Below are positions 8,514 through 20,800 of a DNA stretch of 64,000 nucleotides, in pieces. The position numbers were made by a program, and so were the translations under genes. Source of the DNA: Candidatus Hydrogenedentota bacterium (lineage in GTDB: Bacteria; Hydrogenedentota; Hydrogenedentia; Hydrogenedentales; SLHB01); contig JAWXCN010000152.1 in NCBI GenBank assembly GCA_034408725.1, positions 10,552-74,551 on the forward strand. The letters are read 5' to 3'. How positions within the stretch are numbered: the stretch's first letter is position 1; each line of letters begins with the position of its first letter. The notes beneath the pieces were generated by a model. It was not told where the DNA came from, did no database searches, and saw only the letters and a program-made list of their open reading frames with translations.

Positions 8514-10217
8514 ATGCGGGGATTATTTACCATCCTGATGATGAGCGCGGGACTGTTGTTACCCGCGCTTGCACTCGAACCCGTACCAGACAAGAGCGTC
8601 GTACTCACCTTCGACGACTCCGTGAAATCACACCGCACGTTCGTCGGTCCGCTCTTGAAAGAGTATGGCTTCGGCGCGACGTTCTTCGTGACGGCGCTAT
8701 GGATGTCCGACACGGAAAACTTCATGACCTGGCAAGAAATTGCCGAATTACACCAGATGGGTTTCGAGATCGGCAATCACAGTTGGAGTCACTCGAACTT
8801 CGGCAATCCGAAATATGCCGCACAACTCGAAGGCCAACTATTGCTCGTCGAGCAGGAACTGGAAAAGGTCGGCGTGCCGAAACCCGTCAGTTTTGCCTGG
8901 TGCGGCAATTTTTTTGGCGTTGAAGGCTTTGGCGTCCTGCGCGACTGGGGGTTCCAGTTTGCGCGGCGCGGGATGCAACCGGAGGTGCCGTATGCTGCGC
9001 TCGCGCCCGGCCCGCTGTACGACCCCGCCAAATATCATCCGCTGCTGTTGCCGTCCGCTGGCGACGCGTATCCCAATTGGACGCTCGAAAACTTCAGGGC
9101 CGCAGTCGATCCCGCGCGCGACGGCAAAATTGCGATTGTCCAGTTTCATGGCGTGCCGGATATCGCTCATCCCTGGGTCCACACACCGCCAGATCGGTTC
9201 CGCGAATACATGGACTACCTCAAAGCCAATAAGTTCAACGTCGTTGCGATACGTGACCTCGCGCGGTACGTAGATACATCGCAGCCGCCAAACGACGCCA
9301 TGTCGATGGTCCACTACGCGCCGCGTCCCGTCGACCAGCCACAGGAAGTCGCCGCCACCCGCGCCGATCCAGGATTTTGGTTGCATGCGATGATTAATCG
9401 ACACAAATACTCGATCGAGGAAGCCGCTCGCGTATTCGGGTTGCCAACCAAAACGCTCGAAGCGCGCCTGCCAGATTATCGATTGAATGCCACGCCTTGG
9501 CCGGAATCGCCGACCCGCGGCGCAGTAACTGTCCTCCCCTACCCCGGCGGACGCCACCCGCGCATCGGCTTTCTCGAAGGCGCAATCGCGCCGCAGCGCG
9601 GAACGAAAGCCAGCATCTTTGCTCCGTGGGACCCGGAGAGCTATGCGGTTATCGATTTGCCCGAAGCAATTTTCAGCAATCTCGGCCTGCTCTATCTCGC
9701 CCACACTCACGTACAAACGATCTGGGACCCGCAACATCAGTACATTGAGAACACCGATTGGATGCGACATCCCAATGGAGAGTTGTCCAATACATGGGTA
9801 CTGCCAAACAAGATTTCATTTGGTGCGCGCATCATCCCCCAGAAAGATGCCGCAGACCTCGAACTGTGGCTCGAAAATGGGACGGACCAACCGCTAACGA
9901 AATTGCGCACGCAGATTTGCGTGATGTTGAAAGGCATGGAGGATTACCAGTTTCAAAGCAACGAAAACAAACGGTTCGATGGCAGCGTCGCGTCCGCGCA
10001 TTCACTCGATGGCAGCTCCTGGGTCCTCGTTGCCTTCGACAACTGCGGGCGCACTTGGGGCAATAAAGATTGCCCGTGCATGCACTCTGATCCCGTGTTG
10101 CCAGATGCAGCGCCTGGTGAGCGCGTAAGTGTTAAGGGCAGATTATGGTTCTTTAAAGGTGATATCGAAAAGGAAATCGCGCGAGGGCAGAAGAAGTTCA
10201 AGGAACGTCCAAAATAG
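8514..10217 (+). CDS. Secreted polysaccharide deacetylase (NodB/CE4) with an uncharacterised C-terminal domain of about 300 aa
   Basis: Signal peptide, LTFDD, HSWSH metal motif, FHG. GGAGG RBS before ATG 8514. Confidence 0.85.
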   Translation: MRGLFTILMMSAGLLLPALALEPVPDKSVVLTFDDSVKSHRTFVGPLLKEYGFGATFFVTALWMSDTENFMTWQEIAELHQMGFEIGNHSWSHSNFGNPKYAAQLEGQLLLVEQELEKVGVPKPVSFAWCGNFFGVEGFGVLRDWGFQFARRGMQPEVPYAALAPGPLYDPAKYHPLLLPSAGDAYPNWTLENFRAAVDPARDGKIAIVQFHGVPDIAHPWVHTPPDRFREYMDYLKANKFNVVAIRDLARYVDTSQPPNDAMSMVHYAPRPVDQPQEVAATRADPGFWLHAMINRHKYSIEEAARVFGLPTKTLEARLPDYRLNATPWPESPTRGAVTVLPYPGGRHPRIGFLEGAIAPQRGTKASIFAPWDPESYAVIDLPEAIFSNLGLLYLAHTHVQTIWDPQHQYIENTDWMRHPNGELSNTWVLPNKISFGARIIPQKDAADLELWLENGTDQPLTKLRTQICVMLKGMEDYQFQSNENKRFDGSVASAHSLDGSSWVLVAFDNCGRTWGNKDCPCMHSDPVLPDAAPGERVSVKGRLWFFKGDIEKEIARGQKKFKERPK

Positions 10218-10419
10218 ATGCGCCGATTGGGAGGAAATCTACATTTGGCGGGATCGTGCTACGTTCTGCGCGTACCTCAAGACATGCAGAGATTGCCTCT
10301 TCAATGTTTTTGAGCGCCTCAGCACGCGTGGCTCCCTGACTAACACAACCGGGAATCGAAGGGCATTCTAATACCCAAACGCCATCTTCGTCCCGCGACA
10401 CAGTGACCTGAAACTTCAT
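10198..10419 (-). CDS. hicB: HicB-family antitoxin (short form), no adjacent hicA
   Basis: MKFQVTVSRDEDGVWVLECPSIPGCVSQGATRAEALKNIEEAI is a typical HicB N-domain. GAGGA RBS. Confidence 0.82.
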   Translation of the reverse strand: MKFQVTVSRDEDGVWVLECPSIPGCVSQGATRAEALKNIEEAISACLEVRAERSTIPPNVDFLPIGASILDVP

Positions 10420-10429
10420 TTCTGATTCC

Positions 10430-11875
<1,446 letters not shown>

Positions 11876-11899
11876 AGCAATACTGCCTCTGCCACCCTT

Positions 11900-11929
11900 A
11901 TTCTGCGCGTAACGGGAGTCCCGCGTCAA
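11900..11929 (-). promoter_or_regulatory. Putative sigma70 promoter for the DUF1501 gene
   Basis: TTGACG-N18-CAGAAT on the minus strand. Confidence 0.4.
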
Positions 11930-11950
11930 CCTGGAATTCAATTAAAACGC

Positions 11951-11979
11951 TTGACCATTTCCTCCTTTCCTGCTATTCT
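11951..11979 (+). promoter_or_regulatory. Putative sigma70 promoter for the PEP-CTERM gene
   Basis: TTGACC-N17-TATTCT with a TG extended -10. Confidence 0.6.
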
Positions 11980-12038
11980 ATGAAAAGGTGCAAGGGTTTT
12001 GTTCCGGTGTGGTCTACAATGCGGTGAGGGTGCGTACC

Positions 12039-12731
12039 ATGTTTATCCGGCTCGGAATCGTCGCGTGTACTGTTGCGTGCGTCCTGTTGCCGATGACAGC
12101 GCAAGCTGAAATCATCTACGACAATGGAGGGCCGGACTCGACGACCGGTGGCTCCGACAGCACGGTCTTCGTTTCACTCAACCCTGATTTTGCTTCCTTC
12201 GACGACTTTGTCCTTGATGCTGGAAGCAACACCATCACCGATATTCATTGGTGGGGCAACTACTATACTTTCTTCGGGGAAAGCCTCGACGATTTCTTTG
12301 TGATCTATATTTTCGACGATGACAACGGCCATCCCGATCTGTCCAGCGGGCCATTGCACACCATCGACGGCACGGGCGCGACGCGCGTAGATACCGGCCT
12401 GGACGTCGGCGGCGACGAAGAAATGCCGATTTTCGAGTACGACCTGTTCATCGATCCCATCACGCTCGATCCCGACGTGGTCTATTGGATGGCGATTACC
12501 AACGATTTCCACTGGCGCTGGCAGACGTCACTTGTGCCTGGCGGCGCATATCAGGTCGGTGGCATCAATCTGGAAGATAGTTTCACAGATTCCGAAGACG
12601 ACCTCACTGCGCGCGATTATGGCCTGGCGTTTAATCTTACCGCGACCGTCGTCCCCGAACCTTCGACTATCGTGCTGCTGGGCGCGGGTATCGCCGCGAT
12701 CGCTGCCGCGCGGCGGATGCAACGCCGCTAA
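12039..12731 (+). CDS. PEP-CTERM sorting-domain protein
   Basis: Signal peptide (AQA), acidic beta-rich body, C-terminal VPEPSTIVLLGAGIAAIAAARRMQRR. Confidence 0.92.
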   Translation: MFIRLGIVACTVACVLLPMTAQAEIIYDNGGPDSTTGGSDSTVFVSLNPDFASFDDFVLDAGSNTITDIHWWGNYYTFFGESLDDFFVIYIFDDDNGHPDLSSGPLHTIDGTGATRVDTGLDVGGDEEMPIFEYDLFIDPITLDPDVVYWMAITNDFHWRWQTSLVPGGAYQVGGINLEDSFTDSEDDLTARDYGLAFNLTATVVPEPSTIVLLGAGIAAIAAARRMQRR

Positions 12732-12753
12732 AACGTAATCGGCGAGACGGAAC

Positions 12754-15700
12754 TCAGTCGATGAATGCAAATTCGTTGGACGCCAACAGCACCTGCGCGT
12801 ACCGTTCCCACGGTTCCATCGGAGGAGGCTGCGGGCCGCTAAAATCGTTTTCCGCTCGCCACTCGGCCGAATCCAGCGAGCCTGTAGCGACAGCTTGATC
12901 GTAGCGAAGCCTCGGCGCCCACCGGAAAGAATCAAACCCATCGGTTCCGCCGCAAGACACCACGAAATCGATGGTCTCACCCGCCACCACATCGACTCGC
13001 GCAACCTCCGCGGCGGCTTCCGTGTTGTGTACCGCGCTCTTCCACAAAATCCCCGCGCGATTGGACACAACATACCCAATCACACCATCGCCTTGACCCT
13101 CGGCCTCGCCCTGCTTCAGGGTCCCGGCAATGGTTATCGCCCCGTCACGCGGCGCGATCCAGCGGCGAATGCTCGCGTGGTTCGCGTCCATGCCCGCGTG
13201 ACCGCCGCGCTCGCTTAGGCTGACGTACCGTAGCTCAGGATCGGGCATCGTCTCGCTCACGCGCCACTCGCGATCTGCGTAATGGGCAAACGCGGTAAAG
13301 GAAGTAACACGGCCCGCCGCCTCGTCGACAGACCCATATCCATACTGCCACGCTGGCGCGGGACGTGAAGGCAAAGTAGTCTGGTTGGCGATGAATGTTT
13401 CCACCATTGCGCATTCGTCCGCATCCGGCTCGCGTTGGTATACAAGCCGGTACAGTGCCTTCGCGCGGTCCAGTGCTGAACTCGCCGCAACCACATCCGT
13501 CCGCGACGCCAGTTCGCGCGCCTGTTCGATAACGAAGGGGCTGTTCATCATGAACAGCGCCTGTTGCGGCACCGTAGTGCGGAACCGCCGGGCGCTGTGC
13601 GTGTCGGGACTCGCAAAGTCGAACGTGCGAAACATGCCGGGAAGGTTTTGGCGCTCGATATAGCTGTACACGGTGCGGCGCGCGGTAAATGGCGGTTCGA
13701 CGATATCCACGGAGGGCCCGCCCATCGTGAGATCAAGACTGCCCGAAGATGCCAGCACGGCGTCGCGAAGCGCCTCGAAATCAAGCCGGTGCCGGTTCTG
13801 ACGCCACCACAACCGGTTCTCGGGGTCTTTGTCACGGAGCTCCGCGTTGTTGGAGCTGCTTTGCTGATACGTGTTTGAGAGCAAAATAACTTTATGCAGC
13901 TTCTTCGTAGACCAACCATCGTGCATGAAGCGCGAGGCGAGATAATCGAGTAACGCCGCGTGAACGGGCCGCTCGGTGCGCACGCCAAAGTCACTGCCCG
14001 TTTCCACGATCCCGCGATCAAAATGGTTCATCCACACCCGGTTGACCCAGACGCGCGCGGTTAGCGGGTTGGCCGCGTTCGCAATTGCCTCCGCGAGTTC
14101 GAGTCTTCCGCTGCCCTTCTCAAAGGGTTTGGGGCCACCTTCGCTCAATACCGCCAGAAACTGCCGCGGCACGTCATCGCCCTTGTTCTGCGGATTGCCG
14201 CGCTTGAAGATATGAGGGTCATAGGGTTTATCGGCATCAACCAATGCCATTGCGCGATCCGGCCGTCCCGCATGGGATGCCTTTACGCGGGCAATCGCGT
14301 TGTTCTTGTCCCGAACACGGTTTTGCGTCGGCACGTCATACATGGGAAGAATGTCGCCCTCGGCGATATTCGCGGGGCTGTCAGAGCCGTACAATGCTTG
14401 CCGCACAGCTTCATCATCGGCGTCGGGCAATGCAGTGGACGGCGTGGTCTCACCACGTTGCGCTTCGGACGCGAGCAGGTTCATCCACGTATCGTTCGCA
14501 GCGTGCAATACCGTCGCATAGCGTTTTGCCACGTCCGCCATCGACGCCGGTGGATCGCCGCCAAAAGCGCCCGCCACGCGCGGATTAATCTGCTTGTCTG
14601 CGTTCGCCGTGAACTGCGCCGTCAACGGCGCGGCCTGTTCCGCGAATCCTTCGGCCGGCAGCGCGGCAAATGCGGTCCAGGGCGCGAACAGCCTGTCATG
14701 CGCTTCGGCTTTCTTCTTGAGGTAGTCGCGCCAGCGCCCCACCAACTGCCAACGCAATGAACGGTCGCGCGCGAGCGTCTGGAACTGTTCGTCGTCGGTT
14801 ATATCGCGCGTATCGAACGCTGCCAACATATAACCTTCGATTTCGGCGCGAGCATGCGCAAGCAGATCAACATGCAGCTCTTTTACCAACCCTCGTTCAG
14901 CGGCTTCGGCTTCTTGCAGTTTTGCGACATAGTCCTGATATTGGGGATTCGCCGGATCGGGTTCCCGGATCAAGGGCAGTTCCGCTGGTTCGGATGAACT
15001 CCGGAAAACGCCGTACAGGGCGTAGTAATCCTGCATCGATATCGGGTCGAATTTGTGGTCGTGACACCGGGCGCACGTCACGGTAAGTCCCATGAGACCT
15101 CGCGTGACAACGTCGATACGGTCGTCGGTAATGTCATGGACATTACCGAGAAAGTGCCGGTTCAGGGTAAGAAATCCCATGGCCGCCAAAGGACGTTTGT
15201 CGTCGCCAAGCTCGAGCTGGTCGGCGGCGAGTTGTTGCTTAACGAAAGTGTCGTATGGCAAGTCCTCGTTGAATGCACGGATAACGAAGTCCCGATACGT
15301 ATGTGAGAACGGTATGTTCCGCTCACTCTGAAATACGTAACCTCTGGTATCCGCGTAACGCGCAACATCCAGCCAGTATCGTCCCCAGCGTTCCCCGTAT
15401 CGTGGCGACGCCAGCAGGCGATCCACAACCTGTTCGTACGCGCCCGGAGTTGTGTCCTGTACAAAGGCGTCAACTTCGTCCGCGGTAGGGGGCAATCCTG
15501 TCAAATCAAAGGTAACGCGCCGTAGGAGTGTGTACTTGTCCGCCGAAGCAGAAGGCTTCAGCCCCGCCTTTTCCAACTCGGCCAGCACAAATGCGTCAAC
15601 GTCCGTTCTCACCCACGCCGGATCACCGACAGCGGGCGGGGCGGATGCCGTCACGGGTAAAAATGCCCAATGGTTGGAGCGCGCGCCGGAAACACGGTCA

Positions 15701-16242
15701 TCCATCGTAGCGACGGACACAGCACCCGCAGGCCATGGAGCGCCCATGCGAATCCAATCGCGAATTGCGCCAATGACTTCTTCTGGTAACTTGCCGGTGG
15801 GCGGCATTTTGGGTTCGCTGTCGTGCGCCAGCGCCTTTAGGATGAGGCTGCCGTCAATTTCACCGGGAACGATGGCCGGACCGGATAGGCCTCCCTTGAG
15901 AATGGATTCGCGGGAATCCAGCCGCAAATCACTCTTCTGATTCTCGGGTCCGTGGCATTGAAAGCACTGTTCGGCGAAAACGGGGCGAATCTTCGTCTCG
16001 AAAAACTCGATGGCTTCAGGATTGTCCGGAATGTTCACCGCCGGTTGGGTAACAGCAGTTTGTTTAAGGACATCTAGCAGCTTGGCCCACGCATCAGCAT
16101 CGTTTTTGATCTGCTGGACCGCTTCGAGAAGGCGCTCGGCATCGTTTGCCGGTTCGGCGGTTGCGCTGACAACCGCCGCTACCGCTATGACGCCCGCTAT
16201 CGCCATTCGCCGCCAACGGGCTATTTTAGGTGTACTGCGCAT
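12754..16242 (-). CDS. Planctomycete cytochrome c + DUF1549 + DUF1553 protein
   Basis: CFQCH and CARCH heme motifs, MPP, YGERWGRYWLDVARYAD, NPLTARVWVNR, QQALF, NEFAFID. Start could be 16242 or up to 16320. Confidence 0.92.
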   Translation of the reverse strand: MRSTPKIARWRRMAIAGVIAVAAVVSATAEPANDAERLLEAVQQIKNDADAWAKLLDVLKQTAVTQPAVNIPDNPEAIEFFETKIRPVFAEQCFQCHGPENQKSDLRLDSRESILKGGLSGPAIVPGEIDGSLILKALAHDSEPKMPPTGKLPEEVIGAIRDWIRMGAPWPAGAVSVATMDDRVSGARSNHWAFLPVTASAPPAVGDPAWVRTDVDAFVLAELEKAGLKPSASADKYTLLRRVTFDLTGLPPTADEVDAFVQDTTPGAYEQVVDRLLASPRYGERWGRYWLDVARYADTRGYVFQSERNIPFSHTYRDFVIRAFNEDLPYDTFVKQQLAADQLELGDDKRPLAAMGFLTLNRHFLGNVHDITDDRIDVVTRGLMGLTVTCARCHDHKFDPISMQDYYALYGVFRSSSEPAELPLIREPDPANPQYQDYVAKLQEAEAAERGLVKELHVDLLAHARAEIEGYMLAAFDTRDITDDEQFQTLARDRSLRWQLVGRWRDYLKKKAEAHDRLFAPWTAFAALPAEGFAEQAAPLTAQFTANADKQINPRVAGAFGGDPPASMADVAKRYATVLHAANDTWMNLLASEAQRGETTPSTALPDADDEAVRQALYGSDSPANIAEGDILPMYDVPTQNRVRDKNNAIARVKASHAGRPDRAMALVDADKPYDPHIFKRGNPQNKGDDVPRQFLAVLSEGGPKPFEKGSGRLELAEAIANAANPLTARVWVNRVWMNHFDRGIVETGSDFGVRTERPVHAALLDYLASRFMHDGWSTKKLHKVILLSNTYQQSSSNNAELRDKDPENRLWWRQNRHRLDFEALRDAVLASSGSLDLTMGGPSVDIVEPPFTARRTVYSYIERQNLPGMFRTFDFASPDTHSARRFRTTVPQQALFMMNSPFVIEQARELASRTDVVAASSALDRAKALYRLVYQREPDADECAMVETFIANQTTLPSRPAPAWQYGYGSVDEAAGRVTSFTAFAHYADREWRVSETMPDPELRYVSLSERGGHAGMDANHASIRRWIAPRDGAITIAGTLKQGEAEGQGDGVIGYVVSNRAGILWKSAVHNTEAAAEVARVDVVAGETIDFVVSCGGTDGFDSFRWAPRLRYDQAVATGSLDSAEWRAENDFSGPQPPPMEPWERYAQVLLASNEFAFID

Positions 16243-16499
16243 AAAGACATGATGCCTCAGGAGTAATCTACCAGCAGTGGCCGAGGCACGCAAGTAGGCC
16301 ACATAAACGAATGCGGCCATAAAATCATCTTATTCGCCAGGGAACGGCTGTTTCACCCAAGCGGAGGGGGATTGCGGCAAAGTGATGCTTCGCGGTAAAC
16401 TATACGATTCAAAGTGGTTATGCTTTTTCAATCACAATGGCACGCCATTTGCCTGTAGTTGGAGGGAAGTCATTGGGGTCTGACGAGGGAAACAGAACT

Positions 16500-17831
16500 G
16501 TGCGCCGTTTATCATCAATTGTACCGGTACTTCTTAGCGTCGTCGCATTGCTGATTGGAGGCAGTGTGATGGCCGCGCTCATTCTATTGCGCAAACCACC
16601 CGCCGAAGCATCGCCTGAAGACAAAGCCAAATCGATCCGCGTCGAGGCAGTCGCGGTGCATCCCCAAAGTGTTCCCATTACCATTGTAGGCTTCGGCGAG
16701 GTAAAGGCCCTGAACGTTGTCAAGATCGGCCCTGAAGTCAGTGGCCGCATCACCGAAATTCATCCCAATTTGCTTGTTGGGGGAATTGTGCCGCAAGGCG
16801 AAGCAATGTTCGTCATCGACCCGGAACCGTACCAGGCACGTGTCGAGGATGCCCGTGCCCGCGTTTCGCAATTGGAGGGGTCCCTGGCGCGTTTCGAGAT
16901 GGAGTCGGAAAACGAAAAGGCGCGAATGGCGGCAATGGAACGCTCCCGCGATCTGGCCGAAGACCAGTACGAACGTCTGAAACAACTTTTGTCGGCCGAT
17001 AGCGTTGGTACGCAAACCAGTGTTGATGAAGCCGAGCGGATTTATGTAAATGCGAAAGACCAAACCGATCAGGTTGAGAATGAACTGACATTGTTTCCAT
17101 TGCGGATACGCGAAGCAAAGGGCTCGCTGGAGTCGGCCCGGGCGCAGCTTAATGTCGCAGAGCTTGACCTGAAGCGCACGCGCGTAGATGCGCCGTTCAC
17201 TGCGCGAGTCGTCACGGTATCCTTGAAAAAGGATCAAGTCATCGCGCCCGGGTCCCCGGTCGTGACGATTTCCGACGATTCGATCCTCGAGATTAGCGCG
17301 CCATTGAACAGTGCTGACGCGCGGGAATGGCTGCGTTTCAACGAGAACCGGTCTAATCCCGGCGCGGCATGGTTCGCGGACCTCGAAAAGGTTGAATGCC
17401 GGGTTCGTTGGACGGACGATCCCGAGGGTCATTGCTGGATTGGCACGCTGGACCGCGTCGAATCGTTCGATCAGAATTCGAGGACCTTGACTGTCGCTGT
17501 GCGCGTAACGGGGGCGCAAGCCCTGGCTGGCACGAAAATGCTTCCCCTGGTCGAGGGCATGTTTTGTACCGTAGAGATACCGGGCCGCACCTTGGATAAT
17601 GTGTACGGAATACCGCAACATGCCATCAACAATTTTGACGGCACTGTGTATATCGCGGCGGACAATCATCTGAAAACCGTCAGCGTTAAGGTGGCGAGGC
17701 GGGAAAAGGACCTTGCCTACATCGCGGAAGGACTCGAACCCGGCCAGCTTGTGATCACGACTCGGCTCATGAATCCCCTTGAAAACTCGCCGCTCGACGT
17801 GGCTATGGAACCGGCGGTGACGACGCCATGA
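16500..17831 (+). CDS. RND efflux periplasmic adaptor (membrane fusion protein)
   Basis: N-terminal TM helix, EVSGRI lipoyl-like motif, coiled coil, APF..G motif. Overlaps the RND gene. Start could be 16437. Confidence 0.9.
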   Translation: MRRLSSIVPVLLSVVALLIGGSVMAALILLRKPPAEASPEDKAKSIRVEAVAVHPQSVPITIVGFGEVKALNVVKIGPEVSGRITEIHPNLLVGGIVPQGEAMFVIDPEPYQARVEDARARVSQLEGSLARFEMESENEKARMAAMERSRDLAEDQYERLKQLLSADSVGTQTSVDEAERIYVNAKDQTDQVENELTLFPLRIREAKGSLESARAQLNVAELDLKRTRVDAPFTARVVTVSLKKDQVIAPGSPVVTISDDSILEISAPLNSADAREWLRFNENRSNPGAAWFADLEKVECRVRWTDDPEGHCWIGTLDRVESFDQNSRTLTVAVRVTGAQALAGTKMLPLVEGMFCTVEIPGRTLDNVYGIPQHAINNFDGTVYIAADNHLKTVSVKVARREKDLAYIAEGLEPGQLVITTRLMNPLENSPLDVAMEPAVTTP

Positions 17832-20800
17832 AGGAACTGATTCGCGCGATTGTCGCGAACAATGTTTTCGCCAACGTCGTCATGATCCTGGTGATCGTCG
17901 TTGGCGTGATTTCGGCCATGAGCATGGTCCGGGAAAGCATGCCCGAGTTTGATCTCGGCCTGATTGCAATTGAAGTACCTTTCCCAGGCGCCGACCCGGA
18001 GGAAGTCGAAGAAGGCATCTGCCGCCGCATCGAAGCCGCAATCGACGGCATGGAAGGCGTGAAAGACTACAACACTACGGCGTGGGAAGGGTACGCAAAT
18101 GTCGAGGTCTGGGCCGAAGACGGGTACGACATTGACGACCTGAAAGATGCCGTTCGTAATGCGGTCGATTCCATTTCGACGTTTCCCGCGCGCGCGGAAC
18201 AACCGGTCGTGTATGAAGTGCGGGACAGCGATGAAACCATCCACCTCGCGCTGTGGGGAGACCTTCCGGAACGCCAGTTGAAGGAATGGGCTGAGAACGT
18301 CAGGGACGATCTTCAGCGCCTTCCCCACATTTCGCGCGTTGAAGTCTATGGTGCGCGCACGTATGAAATCAGCATCGAGGTTTCCAAGGAACGGCTCTGG
18401 GAATACGGACTCACTCTGGATGAAGTGACACAGGCGGTCTTTCAGGGAAGCCTGAACCTTCCCGCCGGCACGATCCGCACCGAGGGCGAAGAAATCCGCA
18501 TCCGTACCATCGGGCGAAAGTACAATGGACGCGATTTCGCTTCCGTCGTGATTAAATCATCGCCCAATGGAGAAGTGATCACTCTCGACAAGGTCGCCGA
18601 CATTCGTGATGCGTTTACCGAGAACCCGTCGTACTCGACATTTAATAATAGCCCCTGCGTGTTGGTTGCGGTGATAAAAGGACGTGGCGAAGATTCTCTG
18701 GCACAGTCGCAGGGCGCGCGCGAGTATGCGGCCCAAAAGGCCAAAGACCTTCCGGAGGGCCTTCACATCACGCCATGTTTCGACGAAAGTGAATTCATCA
18801 CCGGCCAGATCAGTTTGCTGACGGAGGATGCGGTGTCGGGAATGCTGCTGGTGGTGCTGACGCTGTGGTTGTTCCTCAATACGCGGCTGAGCTTTTGGAT
18901 CGCCACCGGAATTCCTGTCTCCTTTTGCGGCGCCATGATTATCCTGTACATGACGGGCATGAGCATCAATCAAATCTCCCTGGTGGGATTCATCGTCGTG
19001 CTGGGCATCGTGGTGGATGACGCCATCGTGGTCGGCGAAGCGGTGTATACTCACCGCCAGAATGGGCTGGGGCCGCTTGATGCCGCCATCGCCGGCGTGC
19101 GCGAAGTGGGCGCGCCAGTATTCGCGGCGATCATGACAATGATTACGGCATTTGTGCCGCTTGCGTTTGTCCCAGGAATCATGGGGCAAATTATTAAGGT
19201 AATGCCCGTCGTAGTAATTGCAACGATGATCATTTCGACGTTTGAAAGCCTTTTTCTGCTCCCGACGCACCTCAACCATTTGCCGGACGCCAACGCGCCG
19301 AAAAAACTTCGTCCTCGCTGGCAGGAACGGTTAATTGCGTTCCACGCATCGTTCGCGAACGGACTTCAATGGTTTGCCGAGCATTGTTACCACCCATTCG
19401 CGAAGCTGGCCATCCGATACCGCTACGTCACCTTAAGTTTTGGTGTCAGCGTCATGCTGGTCGCCGCGGGGCTCGTCGCAGGTGGTCTTGTGCGCGTCAT
19501 CTTCTGGCCACCGGCTGATGGCGATCATTTGCAGGCATCGGTCGAGTTTCCGCCGGGCACGCCCGCCGAAGTCACCCGGGACGCCGTCGAACTGACGCGT
19601 GACGCCTTTGAACGGGTGGCCGCGCGCACCAAAACGGGAACGGGCGAACCGCTGATTCGCAATATATTCACTCGCGTCAATTCGTTTCAGGCCAACCAGG
19701 GATACATTAGCGTTGAAATGATTTCCGCCGGCAAACGGAACGTACACTCGCAGGACTTGTCCGCGGCGTGGCAGGAGGAAGTCGGAATCATTCCGGGCGC
19801 CGTGCAGCAGGCCTTCCTCGAGGACCAGATTGGCATGGGCGGGCCGCCAATTGAAATTTGGCTCCAGGGAGAGGACCGCGATGCGTTGCGCAGCGCTGCG
19901 AATGAATTGAAGAACAAACTCGCCGGATACGACGGCGTGTATCAAATTACCGACGATCTTCGGGCCGGTAAAACGGAAATGCAGATTCGCTTGAAGCCTG
20001 AAGCGCATCCCTTGGGTTTAACGCTCGACCAGGTCGCGCGGCACTTATATTCGGGCTACTACGGCGAGGAAGCGCAACGGTTCCAGCGCGGCCGAGACGA
20101 CGTGCGGGTGCGCATTCGCTATCCGGAGGAGGAACGCGAAACGCTCGCGGAACTCGATAAAGTCCGCGTACACACTCCTCTAGGGTACGACGTGCCACTG
20201 ATGTCGGTGGCGGAGATCACGATGGCGCCAGGTGTATCGAACATCAAGGGAAGCAATGGTCTGCGGCGCGTGGCCGTGACCGCGGCGGTTGATTTCAACC
20301 GGGCCAACCCGAGCGAGGTGGTGACGGACTTGAGCGCGAACTTCCTCGACGGACTGTGCGCGCAATATGGCGACATGTCGTGGACAGTGGAAGGGGTTGA
20401 AGAAAGCAACCGTGAGACATTGGCGGGCATTCAACGCGGTTTTGCTATTGCGGCACTGGGAATCTTTATCATTCTCGCAACGACATTTCGATCCTATCTC
20501 CAGCCGGTGATCATCATGTTCATCATTCCATTTGGAATCGTCGGCGCATTGTTCGGGCATTTTGCGATGGGCATTCCGCTGACGTTCCTGAGCCTGTTCG
20601 GAATTATCGCGCTGGCGGGCATTGTCGTCAACGATTCGATCGTGTTATTCGAATGCGTGAACGATCTGATTGCCAAGGGCACGCCGTTTTATGAAGCCCT
20701 ATCGCTTGCCGGCGTGCGGCGGTTCCGCGCGATATTCCTGACCTCGACAACGACATTTATTGGCCTTGGCCCGCTCGTCTGGGAACGTGATCTCCAAGCG

